This document shows, in pieces, positions 1-11,135 of a stretch of 64,000 bases of DNA; positions within the stretch are counted from its first letter, which is position 1; each line of letters opens with the position of its first letter. The translations under genes and the position numbers were made by a program. The notes under the pieces were generated by a model that was given only the letters and a program-made list of their open reading frames with translations, made no database searches and was not told where the DNA came from. The stretch lies in assembly GCA_017406955.1 (NCBI GenBank), contig JAFQXM010000007.1, positions 13,743-77,742 of the forward strand. Direction: 5' to 3'. The DNA comes from Bacilli bacterium (GTDB lineage Bacteria > Bacillota_I > Bacilli_A > RF39 > UBA660).

Positions 1-399
1 GTTTAGAATTTCTATTTCTTTAGGACTAAAGCTATTTATACAATAGCCTCTATCATGTATATATTTCATAGCTAAATCCATATTAACAAATAATTCTTCT
101 AACTCATCATCACTATGAACTCTATTAAACCATTGTTCAAAAGTTATATTTTCCTTTATAGAACCATCTTTTGATTTCTTTTTCATATCATTACCCTTTT
201 CTTTTTTTATATCAATAGATAAACATTTATCTTTATGATTCTTAATAGCATCATATAAAGAAGGATCAGATAATCTACCAGATATATACACTCCAATACC
301 TGTAATTATTAGAGCTTTTATCATTCCTTCTTTAGTATCTGATAACTTTAATTTATTTTTAAGTTTATTTTCACGTCTTAAATTAACAGTTACCATAGA
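1..399 (-). CDS. hypothetical protein, 5' part only; start at 399, continues beyond window start
   Basis: Reverse-strand ORF read manually: MVTVNLRRENKLKNKL...MDLAMKYIHDRGYCINSF...; not in ORF track because it has no in-window stop. Lies downstream of sigH. Confidence 0.4.
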
Positions 400-447
400 C
401 ACTCACCCTAATATAATTGTAAATCAAAACATAAAAAAACACAAACC

Positions 448-1041
448 TTAAATAAGATTTTTACCTAATCTGTGTAAAGTTTGTCTTATTTTAGAAAGTC
501 TACCATCTACAGTACTAATTGATATATCTAACAAATTAGATATTTCTTTATAAGTAAAACCATTATATCTAAGTTCAAAAACACTACTCTTATCTATATC
601 AAAATAGTTTTTACATTTAATAAATTCTTGATAGTCCAATTGTTCTAAATTTACTTCCTCTGGATTACTATATTGATATTTAGAGCTTTGCATATTTAAA
701 ACATCTTCACTATACATACAATTATTTAACACTTCATTTTTCTTACTAGATAAATCTCTACAAAAAACATTAATTTGTCTTTCTATACATAAACAAGCAT
801 AAGTATAAAAAATAGCATTTTGATCATCTCTATATCCAGTAATTGCTCTAGAAAGACCAATAATACCTTCCTGTACTAAATCTTCATAATCAGCCCCTCT
901 ATTTACTATAAAAGCAGTATATTTAGAAGCGATCTTCTTTATGATTGGAAGATACTTTTTATATATAATACTCTCTGCATAATCATCATTTTCTTTAATC
1001 ATATATAATATTTCATAATCATTAATATTTTTATAATTCAT
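448..1041 (-). CDS. sigH: sporulation/stationary-phase sigma factor SigH
   Basis: Sigma-70 region 2 motif YEDLVQEGIIGL and C-terminal region 4 HTH. Position downstream of cysS-mrnC-rlmB matches the Bacillus sigH locus. Confidence 0.75.
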   Translation of the reverse strand: MNYKNINDYEILYMIKENDDYAESIIYKKYLPIIKKIASKYTAFIVNRGADYEDLVQEGIIGLSRAITGYRDDQNAIFYTYACLCIERQINVFCRDLSSKKNEVLNNCMYSEDVLNMQSSKYQYSNPEEVNLEQLDYQEFIKCKNYFDIDKSSVFELRYNGFTYKEISNLLDISISTVDGRLSKIRQTLHRLGKNLI

Positions 1042-1046
1042 AATCC

Positions 1047-1745
1047 CTACTTTCTATTACGGACTACTTCATATACCATTATTCCTAAAGCAACTGATGC
1101 ATTCAAACTATTAGTTTTACCATACATCGGTATTTTTGCAATAAAATCACATTTTTCTTTGACAATTCTAGACATACCAGACCCTTCATTACCAACAACC
1201 AATCCTATCTTACCAGAATAATCTATATCACGATAGTCAACACTATTTTCTAAAGCAGTACCAACTATCCAAAAATTATTCTTCTTTAACTTATCAATAG
1301 TATTAGCTAAATTAGAAACCCTTACTATTTTCATATCATTAACAGTACCAACACTAGTCTTCATAACAGTACCAGTAATACCTACTTGCCTATCTTTAGG
1401 AATAATAATACTATCCACTCCAGCAGCTTCACAAGTTCTAATAATAGCTCCTAAATTATGGGGATCTTCAATGTGATCTATAATTACTATAAATGAATCA
1501 TTAGAATTGATAATATCATTCAGATTATAGTACTTGTAATCCATAATATCTAAGATTATACCCTGATGAACTCCATCTATCAAATGATCAATTTCACGTT
1601 TTGACATATATTTATAATTCAAATTATCTTTTTCAATAAGTGAAATTATATTTTTATCATCAAAACTATCTTGCAAAATAATACTTTTAATGTTTTTAGG
1701 ATTTTTTAACATTTCTTTAGCAACATTTCTTCCAAACACTAACAT
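1047..1745 (-). CDS. rlmB: 23S rRNA 2'-O-methyltransferase, SpoU/TrmH family (RlmB/YacO)
   Basis: SpoU motifs DHIEDPHNLGAIIRTCEAAG and GNEGSGMS; conserved position after mrnC. Confidence 0.8.
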   Translation of the reverse strand: MLVFGRNVAKEMLKNPKNIKSIILQDSFDDKNIISLIEKDNLNYKYMSKREIDHLIDGVHQGIILDIMDYKYYNLNDIINSNDSFIVIIDHIEDPHNLGAIIRTCEAAGVDSIIIPKDRQVGITGTVMKTSVGTVNDMKIVRVSNLANTIDKLKKNNFWIVGTALENSVDYRDIDYSGKIGLVVGNEGSGMSRIVKEKCDFIAKIPMYGKTNSLNASVALGIMVYEVVRNRK

Positions 1746-1747
1746 AT

Positions 1748-2122
1748 CTATTTACCCAATATATAATTCATAATAGAATTAATCCTTTCTTTATCATTTT
1801 CTAACTCTAAATAACCAATTAATGCTTCTAATCCAGTTGCATATTTATAAGTAACTATATCACAATTCTTAGGATGAGAAGTTGTTTTATAATTACGAGC
1901 TCTTTTTATAATATCTAATTCATCAGAACTAAAAAAGTCTTTATCCATCATCTCTTTTATAAAACTAGCTTGGTTTTTAGCACTTACATACTTAATAGAT
2001 TCACTTTGTAAATCATTAACATTACCAATTCCTTTATCTATTAAATATCTTCTTACATAGTTTTCATATATAGTATCACCTAAATAAGCAAGTACTAATA
2101 CATTAATTTCACACGTTTTCAT
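1748..2122 (-). CDS. mrnC: Mini-ribonuclease 3
   Basis: 124 aa; N-terminal LAYLGDTIYE RNase III-like signature; conserved position after cysS. Confidence 0.7.
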   Translation of the reverse strand: MKTCEINVLVLAYLGDTIYENYVRRYLIDKGIGNVNDLQSESIKYVSAKNQASFIKEMMDKDFFSSDELDIIKRARNYKTTSHPKNCDIVTYKYATGLEALIGYLELENDKERINSIMNYILGK

Positions 2123-2162
2123 GTAATCACCAAGATTATTATAACATAAAAAGAACTAGTTA

Positions 2163-3557
2163 TTATATTATTTCATAACTAGTTCCTTCCCTTGTATCTA
2201 TAAGTTTAATACCTTTACTTAATAATTCTTCACGAATTGCATCAGCTTCATCATAATCTTTATTTTCCTTAGCTTTTTTTCTTCTTTCAATAGCATCTTC
2301 TATATAGGATTGTAATTCACTATCTACACTTTCTTCATCCTTAATTAATTCCACATCAAATACTTTATCAAAATCATTGATTAATTCTATCTTAGTATAA
2401 CCATTAATATCATCATCTTTTAACAAATCATAAAGTACTGTTAATGCATTAGAAGTATTTAGATCATTACTAAGTTCTTTAATAAACTTATCTTTATAAT
2501 AATTAAACTTATCTTCTTCTAATACACCTTCTCCATCTATACTAGAAATACGCCTGCGTAGTTTATTTAAAGTACTTTGTGATTGTTTTAAAGCATCATA
2601 TGTAAAAAGTAATTGTTTTCTATAATGAGAATTTAAACACATAAATCTAAAAGCTAACGGATCATATCCTTGTTCTACTAGAGTAGTAACTCTTAACGTA
2701 GCTCCCTTAGATTTAGCCATCTTACCAGTCTCATCTATTAAATATTCATTGTGAAACCAATAATTACACCATTTATGTCCTAAGTAAGCTTCACTTTGAG
2801 CAATCTCATTAGTATGGTGTGGAAAGGCATTATCTACTGCCCCACCATGTATATCTAAATATTCTCCTAAATACTTAATAGATATACCTGAACACTCTAT
2901 ATGCCATCCAGGATATCCTCTTCCCCACGGAGAATCCCATTGTAATTCATGATTTTCAAATTTACTAACAGTAAACCATAAAGCAAAGTCTGCTTGATTA
3001 CGTTTATTACTATCTTCTTCTACCCCTTCACGAGCACCTACTACTAATTCATCTTCCTTATTGTTAGTTAAAGCATAATAATTATCTAACTTACTAATAT
3101 CAAAATAAACATTTCCTCCAGATTCATATGCATATCCATCTTTGATTAATTTTTCTATCATTTTTATGTACATATCTATATTTTCTGTAGCTGAAGAAAT
3201 TATCTCAGGTATTTTACAATTAGCTAACTCAAAATCTTTAAAAAACGCATCTGTATAGAATTTAGCTATTTCCATAGAACTTTTCTTTTCTCTTTTTCTA
3301 GCTACTTCCATTTTATCCATACCTGAATCACTATCACTAGTCAAATGACCAACATCAGTAATATTCATAGCTCTTTTTACATCATATCCTAAATATCTTA
3401 AAGTCTTATCTAAAATATCATGTCCTATATAATTACGAATATTACCTATATGAGCATATCCATATACAGTAGGTCCACAAGTATATATCTTAACTTTACC
3501 TTCTTCATTCGGAATAAATTCTTCTACTTTTTTAGTTAAAGTATTATATAAATACAT
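2163..3557 (-). CDS. cysS: cysteinyl-tRNA synthetase
   Basis: Class I HIGH (AHIGN) and KMSKS-like (KMAKSKG) motifs; 464 aa. Confidence 0.9.
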   Translation of the reverse strand: MYLYNTLTKKVEEFIPNEEGKVKIYTCGPTVYGYAHIGNIRNYIGHDILDKTLRYLGYDVKRAMNITDVGHLTSDSDSGMDKMEVARKREKKSSMEIAKFYTDAFFKDFELANCKIPEIISSATENIDMYIKMIEKLIKDGYAYESGGNVYFDISKLDNYYALTNNKEDELVVGAREGVEEDSNKRNQADFALWFTVSKFENHELQWDSPWGRGYPGWHIECSGISIKYLGEYLDIHGGAVDNAFPHHTNEIAQSEAYLGHKWCNYWFHNEYLIDETGKMAKSKGATLRVTTLVEQGYDPLAFRFMCLNSHYRKQLLFTYDALKQSQSTLNKLRRRISSIDGEGVLEEDKFNYYKDKFIKELSNDLNTSNALTVLYDLLKDDDINGYTKIELINDFDKVFDVELIKDEESVDSELQSYIEDAIERRKKAKENKDYDEADAIREELLSKGIKLIDTREGTSYEII

Positions 3558-3610
3558 AATATCACCTACCTAGACTCATTATAGCATATTAAAAATAAAA
3601 GAAAAAGATG

Positions 3611-5848
3611 TCACTTAATAACATCCCTTAATTCCTCATCAATAATAGTATCTATTCCTCTAATACCTCTATCATTATAATTAAATCTATTTTTAATAAT
3701 ATCTAAATATTTATTATAATCAATAGATAAATTATAATTTTTACAAAACTCTTTTAGTTTATTTAATATTATTTTATCAATAGTTTTACTAGATAAATTA
3801 TTGAATAATATTACTTTATCTATTCTATTAACTAATTCTACTCCTAAGAAATCTTTAATTTTTTCTACTACTATATTATATTCGTTATCTATAAAACCAA
3901 TAGATTTTTTATCACTTCCTAAGTTAGAAGTCATAAAAATAGTACAGTTAGTAAAATCAATTTTTTCTCCTAAACTATTATTCATATATCCTTCATCTAA
4001 TACTTGTAGAAATAACTTCATAACAGTAGGACTTGCTTTTTCTATTTCATCTAATAGAATAACTGAGTATGGGTTATTCTTTACTTTTTCTAAAATAGTA
4101 TTTTTATCATCATATCCTACATATCCAGGATTAGATCCAACTATTTTACTAATAGAACCACTATCTTTATATTCGCTCATATCAAGTCTTATAAAAGCTT
4201 GTTTAGGATACAACATATTAGCATACTCTCGTACTAAAAATGTTTTTCCCACTCCACTTTTACCAACAAAAAGAAAGGAATATGGTTTGATTCTTTTACT
4301 ACTTTTAGTATAAACAAAACTATCCACTACTTGATTAATAACATTATCCTGTCCAATCACTATATTCTTAAGAATTTTTTTAATACTCCTTTTATTCATA
4401 TTTAATATATCTTTGATAGGTATTTTAGTTTTATTATATATAACTTCATAAATTGTATTTAAATCTATTTTCTTTTTTAGCTTATTTTTATCATTTTTAA
4501 GAATTAGTTTATTAAGTTTGGATTCTAAAAAATTTTCTTTAATCTTTAAATCAGAAGCTAATTTAAAATTATGATCTATAATGGCCATATTTTTCTTCTC
4601 ACTAATATCACTTAACTCACTATTAATTGATCTTATTTTTTTATCAAAACTACTATCTTTTAATAAAGTTTTAGTACAAGCTGCATCTAATATATCTATA
4701 GCCTTATCTGGTTGTTTTCCTTTGCTTACGTATCTATCAGATAAATCTACAATATTAGTAATTATTTCATTAGGTATTTCTATACTATGATAGTTTTCAT
4801 AAATCTTTTTTAATTTAAGTAAAATATTATTAGTTTCTTCTAAAGAAGATTCTTCAACATAAATTTTTTGAAATCTACGATCTAGTGCCTTATCGTTTTC
4901 TAAATATTTAGCGTATTCTTGTTTTGTAGTCGCGCCAATAAGTTTTATTTTACCTCTAGCTAAATAAGGTTTTAATATATTAGAAGCATCAATTGCTCCT
5001 TCTGCTCCACCTGCTCCCACAATAGTATGTATTTCATCTATAAATAAAATAATATCGTTAGATTCAACAACTTCATCTATTATTTTGTTTACTCTATCTT
5101 CAAATTCACCTCTGTATTTAGTTCCCGCTACCATAGAAGACATAGAAAGGCTAAATATTTTTTTATTTTTTAATTTAGTAGGTACCATCCCTTTAACAAT
5201 CCGATTAGCTAATTCTTCTACTAAAGCTGTTTTACCTACTCCTGCATCTCCAATTAATAAAGGATTATTTTTATTTCTTCTAAGTAGTATTTCAATCATT
5301 CTATTAACTAAATCATCTCTACCGATAACGGGATCAAATTCTCCACTTTCTATTTTTTTATTAAAATTCACAGAAAATTTTTCAATCATTAACTTTTTCT
5401 TATGAGTTCTACTCTTATATAAAAACTTATCAGCAAACTTATCATATAAAGCATCTATATCGATATTCATACCCATAAGTATCCTATTTGCAACACCATC
5501 TCCCTCTTCTAATAAAGAAACAAATAACTTATTAACTGTTATTTCGCTTGCTTCTTCTTTACTATCTAAGATAGCGTTTTCTATTATTCTTTTTAATAAA
5601 GGGGTATATAAAAACCAATTGTTTTTACTATTACCCACACCAATAACTCTGATAATTTCTTTTTTATATTTATCATAATTAAGCCCATATTTATTTAAGA
5701 AGGAAGATATTTCTTTATCATTATGTAATATAGATAGAAGTAAGTGTTCACTACCAACATAAGGGTGTTTTAACTCCAACATTTCTTTTCTAGCCATTAA
5801 TAATACTTTTTGAGAATCTTCATCAAATTTTGAAAACATATTAATCAT
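3611..5848 (-). CDS. clpC: ClpC/ClpE-like AAA+ ATPase (Clp N domain plus two AAA modules)
   Basis: Clp_N repeats; Walker A GDAGVGKTA and GKSGVGKT; sensor region GYVGY...SVILLDEIEKA. No ctsR/mcsAB upstream. Confidence 0.8.
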   Translation of the reverse strand: MINMFSKFDEDSQKVLLMARKEMLELKHPYVGSEHLLLSILHNDKEISSFLNKYGLNYDKYKKEIIRVIGVGNSKNNWFLYTPLLKRIIENAILDSKEEASEITVNKLFVSLLEEGDGVANRILMGMNIDIDALYDKFADKFLYKSRTHKKKLMIEKFSVNFNKKIESGEFDPVIGRDDLVNRMIEILLRRNKNNPLLIGDAGVGKTALVEELANRIVKGMVPTKLKNKKIFSLSMSSMVAGTKYRGEFEDRVNKIIDEVVESNDIILFIDEIHTIVGAGGAEGAIDASNILKPYLARGKIKLIGATTKQEYAKYLENDKALDRRFQKIYVEESSLEETNNILLKLKKIYENYHSIEIPNEIITNIVDLSDRYVSKGKQPDKAIDILDAACTKTLLKDSSFDKKIRSINSELSDISEKKNMAIIDHNFKLASDLKIKENFLESKLNKLILKNDKNKLKKKIDLNTIYEVIYNKTKIPIKDILNMNKRSIKKILKNIVIGQDNVINQVVDSFVYTKSSKRIKPYSFLFVGKSGVGKTFLVREYANMLYPKQAFIRLDMSEYKDSGSISKIVGSNPGYVGYDDKNTILEKVKNNPYSVILLDEIEKASPTVMKLFLQVLDEGYMNNSLGEKIDFTNCTIFMTSNLGSDKKSIGFIDNEYNIVVEKIKDFLGVELVNRIDKVILFNNLSSKTIDKIILNKLKEFCKNYNLSIDYNKYLDIIKNRFNYNDRGIRGIDTIIDEELRDVIK

Positions 5849-5922
5849 CTCCTATATTAATTCTAAGTTTATTCTAGGTTAATAATCAATAAAATATGTT
5901 CCAAAAATAAAGACAAAAATCG

Positions 5923-5950
5923 CAAAAAAAAGAATGACCAATGTCATTCT
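5923..5950 (-). terminator. rho-independent terminator after yfcC-like gene
   Basis: Hairpin AGAATGACCA/ATGTCATTCT followed by a T-run on the minus strand. Confidence 0.6.
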
Positions 5951-5960
5951 CATTATCTTA

Positions 5961-7424
5961 TTATACTAATACTACTATTAAGAAAACAACTAGTAATACT
6001 ACAAATAATTCTACAAATAATTTCCAAATAGTTTTTAACCATTTAGTATATGGAATATCTAAATAAGCAAGAACTCCCATTAAAATAATACTTGTTGGAG
6101 CAACTAACATAGTTAATCCATAAACAGATTGGAATACTAATCCTACGACTGGATATGCAGCCTTGTCTGTTACAACACTAGTTAAATATGGTAATACACT
6201 TTGGAATGTATATGATGGATCAACATTGATAGCACTAGAAATAATAGCAACTATACTACCAGTAACAATATTAAATCCTTTAGTCATACCTAAAAGTGCT
6301 TTATAAATAACTAATTGGAATGGATGATATGTAGCGATTACTAAACAAGTATAAGCTAAAACTACCACTAATGCTGGTAATGCTGCTTTTTTAGCTCCTT
6401 CTACAAATCCATCTATCATATCATCAAAATTAACTTTATAAATGAACGATAATAGTAATGTAGTAAGTACAGTAACTACAATCATTTCAGTAGCAGTCCA
6501 TGCACCAAATGCATTAACTGATCCCAATATTTTACCAAATATAGCAAATCCAAATAATTTGAATTCTAACACTGATTTAGTAGCATTTTCAAAAGCTTTT
6601 ACATTAAATGCTCCTGACCAAGATATAAATGATAATACTAATACTACAAATAGTAAACAAATCATTACTGCTAAAGGCCATACTGTAACTTTCTTTCTAC
6701 CAGAAACCTTAGCAGGTACATACTCATCATCTTTACTAACTACAACATCTTTAGTTTTAGCTGCTGATTTTGTAGTTTTCTTTGCAGCAGTTTTCTTTGT
6801 AGTCTTTTTAGTTTTTCCTGCTTTTTTAATATAGAACATTGTGTTCATAATTAATAATGCCATTCCAGCAATTAAAATAACTATTTTAGAAATCATTTCT
6901 GAAGTTATTTTAGTTCCCAATGTTGAAGCAATAACATTTGTATTTGTATAACCAAATGTAGAACCAGCAACACCAATCATTAATGAACCAACAATTGCTA
7001 AAGCTGCAGTAGTTTTATCAAATCCCATTAATAATATTAAAGATATTAGCATTGGAATAAATACAACTAAACCAATTTGTAATCCACATACAGAAGTTAA
7101 TACTGCAAGTAATACCATTAATACTGATAAAACAATTTTTTCCTTTCCTTTAAAAGTAGCCACTAATTTATCTAAGAATACACGGTATGCACTAATTTTA
7201 TTTAATACACCATATAATCCACCAACTACTAAAACATAAAGTGCAAGATAACCAAAATATGAAATTGTAGTTATTGGATAGTTAAACAAATCAAATAGCC
7301 CCATTTGAATGCGTCCTTGGTCAATATACCCATTTTGATAATAAGCAGCTGGTAATATCCAAGTGAGTAACATTAACACTAATATAGTAATAAGAACGAC
7401 TTTAAATATATTATGTTTCTTCAT
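5961..7424 (-). CDS. YfcC-family (NhaC-superfamily) membrane transporter with internal lysine-rich insert
   Basis: N-terminal TWILPAAYY motif typical of the YfcC family; multiple TM segments; 45-aa K/T/A-rich loop. Confidence 0.55.
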   Translation of the reverse strand: MKKHNIFKVVLITILVLMLLTWILPAAYYQNGYIDQGRIQMGLFDLFNYPITTISYFGYLALYVLVVGGLYGVLNKISAYRVFLDKLVATFKGKEKIVLSVLMVLLAVLTSVCGLQIGLVVFIPMLISLILLMGFDKTTAALAIVGSLMIGVAGSTFGYTNTNVIASTLGTKITSEMISKIVILIAGMALLIMNTMFYIKKAGKTKKTTKKTAAKKTTKSAAKTKDVVVSKDDEYVPAKVSGRKKVTVWPLAVMICLLFVVLVLSFISWSGAFNVKAFENATKSVLEFKLFGFAIFGKILGSVNAFGAWTATEMIVVTVLTTLLLSFIYKVNFDDMIDGFVEGAKKAALPALVVVLAYTCLVIATYHPFQLVIYKALLGMTKGFNIVTGSIVAIISSAINVDPSYTFQSVLPYLTSVVTDKAAYPVVGLVFQSVYGLTMLVAPTSIILMGVLAYLDIPYTKWLKTIWKLFVELFVVLLVVFLIVVLV

Positions 7425-7483
7425 AATTAACCTCCCACTATAATTATACTAGTTTAAATTTCTTTTTACAAGTATTTGTTCAT

Positions 7484-7506
7484 AAAAAAAGATTCTATTT
7501 AGAATC
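7484..7506 (-). terminator. terminator at lysS 3' end
   Basis: GATTCTATTTAGAATC hairpin flanked by an A-run on the plus strand. Confidence 0.5.
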
Positions 7507-8970
7507 TTCTTCATTTAATGGTCTCATTAATGGGAACATTACCACATCTTTTATATTATCTGAGTTAGTTAGTAATTGAATAAGTCTATCTATACCAATA
7601 CCCCATCCACTAATAGGTGGCATTCCGCATTCCATAGCAGATATATAATCAGAATCCATTGGCATAGCTTCCTCATCTCCACCAGCTTTCAACTTAGCTT
7701 GTTCTAAAAGACGATTTTCTTGTTCTTTAGGATCAACTAATTCTGAATATCCATTTATTATTTCAGCTCCATTAATAATTAATTGAAATCTATCAGTTAA
7801 TTCCTTATTATCATCATTTGCTCTAGCTAAAGGACTTAAACTAATTGGATGTTTAGTTAAATATGTAGGTTTAACTACCTTTGGTCTAGCTACTTTTTTA
7901 TATAATTGATCTACTAAATTACCATAACCTAAATTTTCTAATGGTACTTCACTATCAATATCTATTTTTTCTTCTTCTATTTTCTTTAGCAACTCTTCTT
8001 TAGTATTATATTTATCTATATCTATGTCACTATATTTTAATATTAAATCTCTAAAACTAATTTCTTCCCATTCTCCACTTAAATCTACTTCTTTATCTCC
8101 AATAGAAACAGTTAAAGTTCCAAAAGTTTTCTCTACTACTGCTTGTAACATTTCTCTTAAAAATTTCATATTATCTTTATAATCATAAAAAGCTGCATAA
8201 CCTTCCATCATAGTAAAATCTTGTAAGTGAGTAGCATCTATTCCTTCGTTTCTAAAACATCTAGCTATTTCAAATACTTTAGTAAATCCACCTACAACCG
8301 CTCTTTTTAAATATGTTTCTGGTGCAATCCTTAAATATAAATCAATATCTAATGCGTTATGATGAGTAGTAAATGGTTTAGCTGTTGCTCCACTTGCTTT
8401 ATTATTTAATATTGGTGTTTCTATTTCAATATATCCTGCTTCATCTAAGAAGTTTCTAATCTCTCTGATAAATTTACTTCTTAATAGAAACTTATCTTTA
8501 GCATCATTATTCATTATCAAATCTAAATATCTTTCACGATATATTTTTTCTACATCTTCTACACCATGGAATTTTTCTGGTAATGGTTTTAAAGCTTTCC
8601 CTAAGAAAGTAATAGAACTAGCTCTTACAGTCTTTTCTCCAGTATGAGTAGTAAATATTTCTCCCTCTACTCCTATAAAATCTCCTAAGTCGTAATTTGC
8701 CTTAAAATCTTTATAAACTTCTTCTCCTACCATATCAAGTTTTACTGATACTTGAATCTTTCCTTTAATATCTCCAATAGTTAAGAAACTCATCTTACCC
8801 ATTTTTCTCATTAGAATAATTCTACCAGCTACTCTAACACCAGTAACTCCATCTTCTAACTCTCTTGCATCACAAAGTTCATAATTAACCTCATATCTGT
8901 CCGGATAGGGATTTTTTATATTTTCTAATTTTTCTCTTCTTACTCTTTCTTGTTCGCTTAATTCTCTCAT
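7495..8970 (-). CDS. lysS: lysyl-tRNA synthetase, class II
   Basis: N-terminal OB fold and class II motifs; 491 aa; conserved position after dusB. Confidence 0.9.
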   Translation of the reverse strand: MRELSEQERVRREKLENIKNPYPDRYEVNYELCDARELEDGVTGVRVAGRIILMRKMGKMSFLTIGDIKGKIQVSVKLDMVGEEVYKDFKANYDLGDFIGVEGEIFTTHTGEKTVRASSITFLGKALKPLPEKFHGVEDVEKIYRERYLDLIMNNDAKDKFLLRSKFIREIRNFLDEAGYIEIETPILNNKASGATAKPFTTHHNALDIDLYLRIAPETYLKRAVVGGFTKVFEIARCFRNEGIDATHLQDFTMMEGYAAFYDYKDNMKFLREMLQAVVEKTFGTLTVSIGDKEVDLSGEWEEISFRDLILKYSDIDIDKYNTKEELLKKIEEEKIDIDSEVPLENLGYGNLVDQLYKKVARPKVVKPTYLTKHPISLSPLARANDDNKELTDRFQLIINGAEIINGYSELVDPKEQENRLLEQAKLKAGGDEEAMPMDSDYISAMECGMPPISGWGIGIDRLIQLLTNSDNIKDVVMFPLMRPLNEEDSK

Positions 8971-9593
8971 GCTTTCAACTCCTTTGTTTTTTCTCTTATA
9001 ACTCTAGTATTACATATTTTATCATGTAATCCTATACTCTCCTTGGTGAAAATTACCATTATGGCAGATACAAACATTATTATATATTGAACTAAATTTA
9101 AAGTCATCGTTCCATAAAAAGATACATTCTTATCAGCAAATATAACTAGACACATTATAATTAAGTTTATAAATATTGAATTTATTATTAATGATCTATA
9201 TATTAACTGATTCATACCTAAATTATTATCATCTTTATCAATAATTCTAATCTTCATTAGTTTTTTACCTAACGTTTGTCCTTTAGTATATAATTGATAA
9301 CAAACAAAATACAATACTTCTAAAAATATAGTCACAAGTGATACAACACCACTTTTACGAGATACCTCATAGTTTATATCAATGTTTTCTGATATGTAAG
9401 TTTTAGAATTAATTTTTTTATTCATATATTTTTCTGCAAGGTCACTACTACTTTTGTTTAGCTTTTCCATATTAGTAGCATCATAAAATGGAAATGATAT
9501 TAAAGTTGCAACTAACGCTATAATCATGCCATCTATTATGTAAGCAATTACTCTTTGTATAAGTAATGCACTTTCTTTTTTAGATTTTACCAT
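8967..9593 (-). CDS. RDD-family membrane protein
   Basis: N-terminal VIAYIIDGMII pattern and multiple TM segments. Confidence 0.45.
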   Translation of the reverse strand: MVKSKKESALLIQRVIAYIIDGMIIALVATLISFPFYDATNMEKLNKSSSDLAEKYMNKKINSKTYISENIDINYEVSRKSGVVSLVTIFLEVLYFVCYQLYTKGQTLGKKLMKIRIIDKDDNNLGMNQLIYRSLIINSIFINLIIMCLVIFADKNVSFYGTMTLNLVQYIIMFVSAIMVIFTKESIGLHDKICNTRVIREKTKELKA

Positions 9594-9594
9594 A

Positions 9595-10596
9595 TTATAC
9601 CTCCCTTAACTCATTCAATATACAAATTATATCATGAATATTAGTAGTTTCATATATTTTATTTTTAATTATATTACTATTTTTGATACCTTTTAAATAC
9701 CATCCAATATGATTTCTTATCTCTAAACATGCAACTTTTTCACTTTTTAACTTCCTTAAATAATCTAAATGTTTAAATATCATATCAATTCTTTCGTTCA
9801 TAGTAATAGTTTTATTATAATCCTTACTATCTAAATAATTAATAGTATTTTTTATAAGCCACGGATTACCTAAAACACCTCTTGCAATCATAACCGCATC
9901 ACAATTAGTTTCAGATAACATTCTTTTGGCATCCTCAGGTGTTTTTATATCTCCATTACCTATAACAGGTATAGATACATTCTCTTTAACTTTTTTTATT
10001 ATATTCCAATCTGCTTTTCCAGTATAACCTTGAGATCTAGTCCTAGGATGAATACATATTGCACTTGCTCCTGCTTTCTCTATTAACTTAGAAACTTCTA
10101 CTGCATTAATATGATTATTATCCCAACCACTTCTTATTTTAACAGTTACCGGAACAGAAACAGAAGCTACTACAGCCTTTACTATATCATATATTTTATC
10201 AGGTGATTTTAATAAAGCTGCTCCTGCTTGAGCACGTAATGCAACTTTAGGTACAGGACAACCCATATTAATGTCTATAATATCTGGTTGCATATTTTTT
10301 TCTATATATTTAGCAGCTTCTACAAATGATTCCTTATCACTACCAAATATCTGTTGTACTATAGGTCTTTCTTCTTCACTCATATATAACATATCTATAG
10401 TTTTTTTATTATTGAATGTAATAGCTTTATCACTAACCATTTCAGCATAAATAAGACCACAACCCATTTCTTTACATATCCGCCTAAATGCAGAATTACA
10501 TATACCAGCCATTGGTGCTAAAACCACTTGATTATCTATTTCAACATTACCTATTTTCCATTTCATACTATCAACCCATTCGTTAGTATTATACAA
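9595..10596 (-). CDS. dusB: tRNA-dihydrouridine synthase
   Basis: [16 protein letters not shown] motif and TIM-barrel Dus signature. Confidence 0.85.
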   Translation of the reverse strand: MYNTNEWVDSMKWKIGNVEIDNQVVLAPMAGICNSAFRRICKEMGCGLIYAEMVSDKAITFNNKKTIDMLYMSEEERPIVQQIFGSDKESFVEAAKYIEKNMQPDIIDINMGCPVPKVALRAQAGAALLKSPDKIYDIVKAVVASVSVPVTVKIRSGWDNNHINAVEVSKLIEKAGASAICIHPRTRSQGYTGKADWNIIKKVKENVSIPVIGNGDIKTPEDAKRMLSETNCDAVMIARGVLGNPWLIKNTINYLDSKDYNKTITMNERIDMIFKHLDYLRKLKSEKVACLEIRNHIGWYLKGIKNSNIIKNKIYETTNIHDIICILNELREV

Positions 10597-10619
10597 AAGA
10601 AAAGAACTTATCTCAAGTT

Positions 10620-11054
10620 CTATTTCTTCTTCTTTAATAAATCTCTGATTTCTTCAAGTAATATAGCTTCATCTGTTTTTACTACTTCTTCTTTTTCTTC
10701 TTTCTTATTAGCATTTAATATATTATTAACAATTTTTAATAATATAAATAATACAAAAGCCATTATTAAGAAGTTAATAACTGCAGTTATAAAATCACCA
10801 TATCTGATTACTTGACCACCATATATTTTAAAAGTTCCTCCTACTTTAGCACCACCGATACCATTAATTAAAGGATTAATAAAATCAGTAGTAAGAGCAG
10901 TTACTATTGCTTGGAAAGCACCACCAATGATAACACCAATGGCCATATCCATAACATTTCCTCTTAAAATAAATGCTTTAAATTCCGAAATAAAACCTTT
11001 CCCTTTACCTTTTACCTTCTTTATTTTCTTTTTAAGATCTTTCTTTTTAGCCAT
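10620..11054 (-). CDS. mscL: large-conductance mechanosensitive channel MscL with K-rich N-terminal extension
   Basis: [24 protein letters not shown] matches the MscL N-terminal core. GGAGG RBS upstream of ATG at 11054. Track ORF extends to 11075. Confidence 0.75.
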   Translation of the reverse strand: MAKKKDLKKKIKKVKGKGKGFISEFKAFILRGNVMDMAIGVIIGGAFQAIVTALTTDFINPLINGIGGAKVGGTFKIYGGQVIRYGDFITAVINFLIMAFVLFILLKIVNNILNANKKEEKEEVVKTDEAILLEEIRDLLKKKK

Positions 11055-11104
11055 AAACAAACTCCTCCTTTGCATATATTATAATAAATTTTTATATTTT
11101 TTCA

Positions 11105-11135
11105 AGAAAAAAGAACTATTATTTATCTAGTTCTT
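11105..11135 (-). terminator. terminator at ftsH 3' end
   Basis: AGAACTA...TAGTTCT hairpin with adjacent A-run on the plus strand. Confidence 0.5.

Noticed and set aside
3801-5405. Plus-strand ORFs 3801..4313, 4581..4790 and 5085..5405 antisense to clpC
   Set aside because: Low-complexity L/S/I-rich translations embedded in a well-supported clpC reading frame; typical AT-rich antisense artefacts.
6442-6834. Plus-strand 130-aa ORF antisense to the yfcC-like transporter
   Set aside because: It is the reverse-frame shadow of the lysine-rich insert and TM region; no start context.
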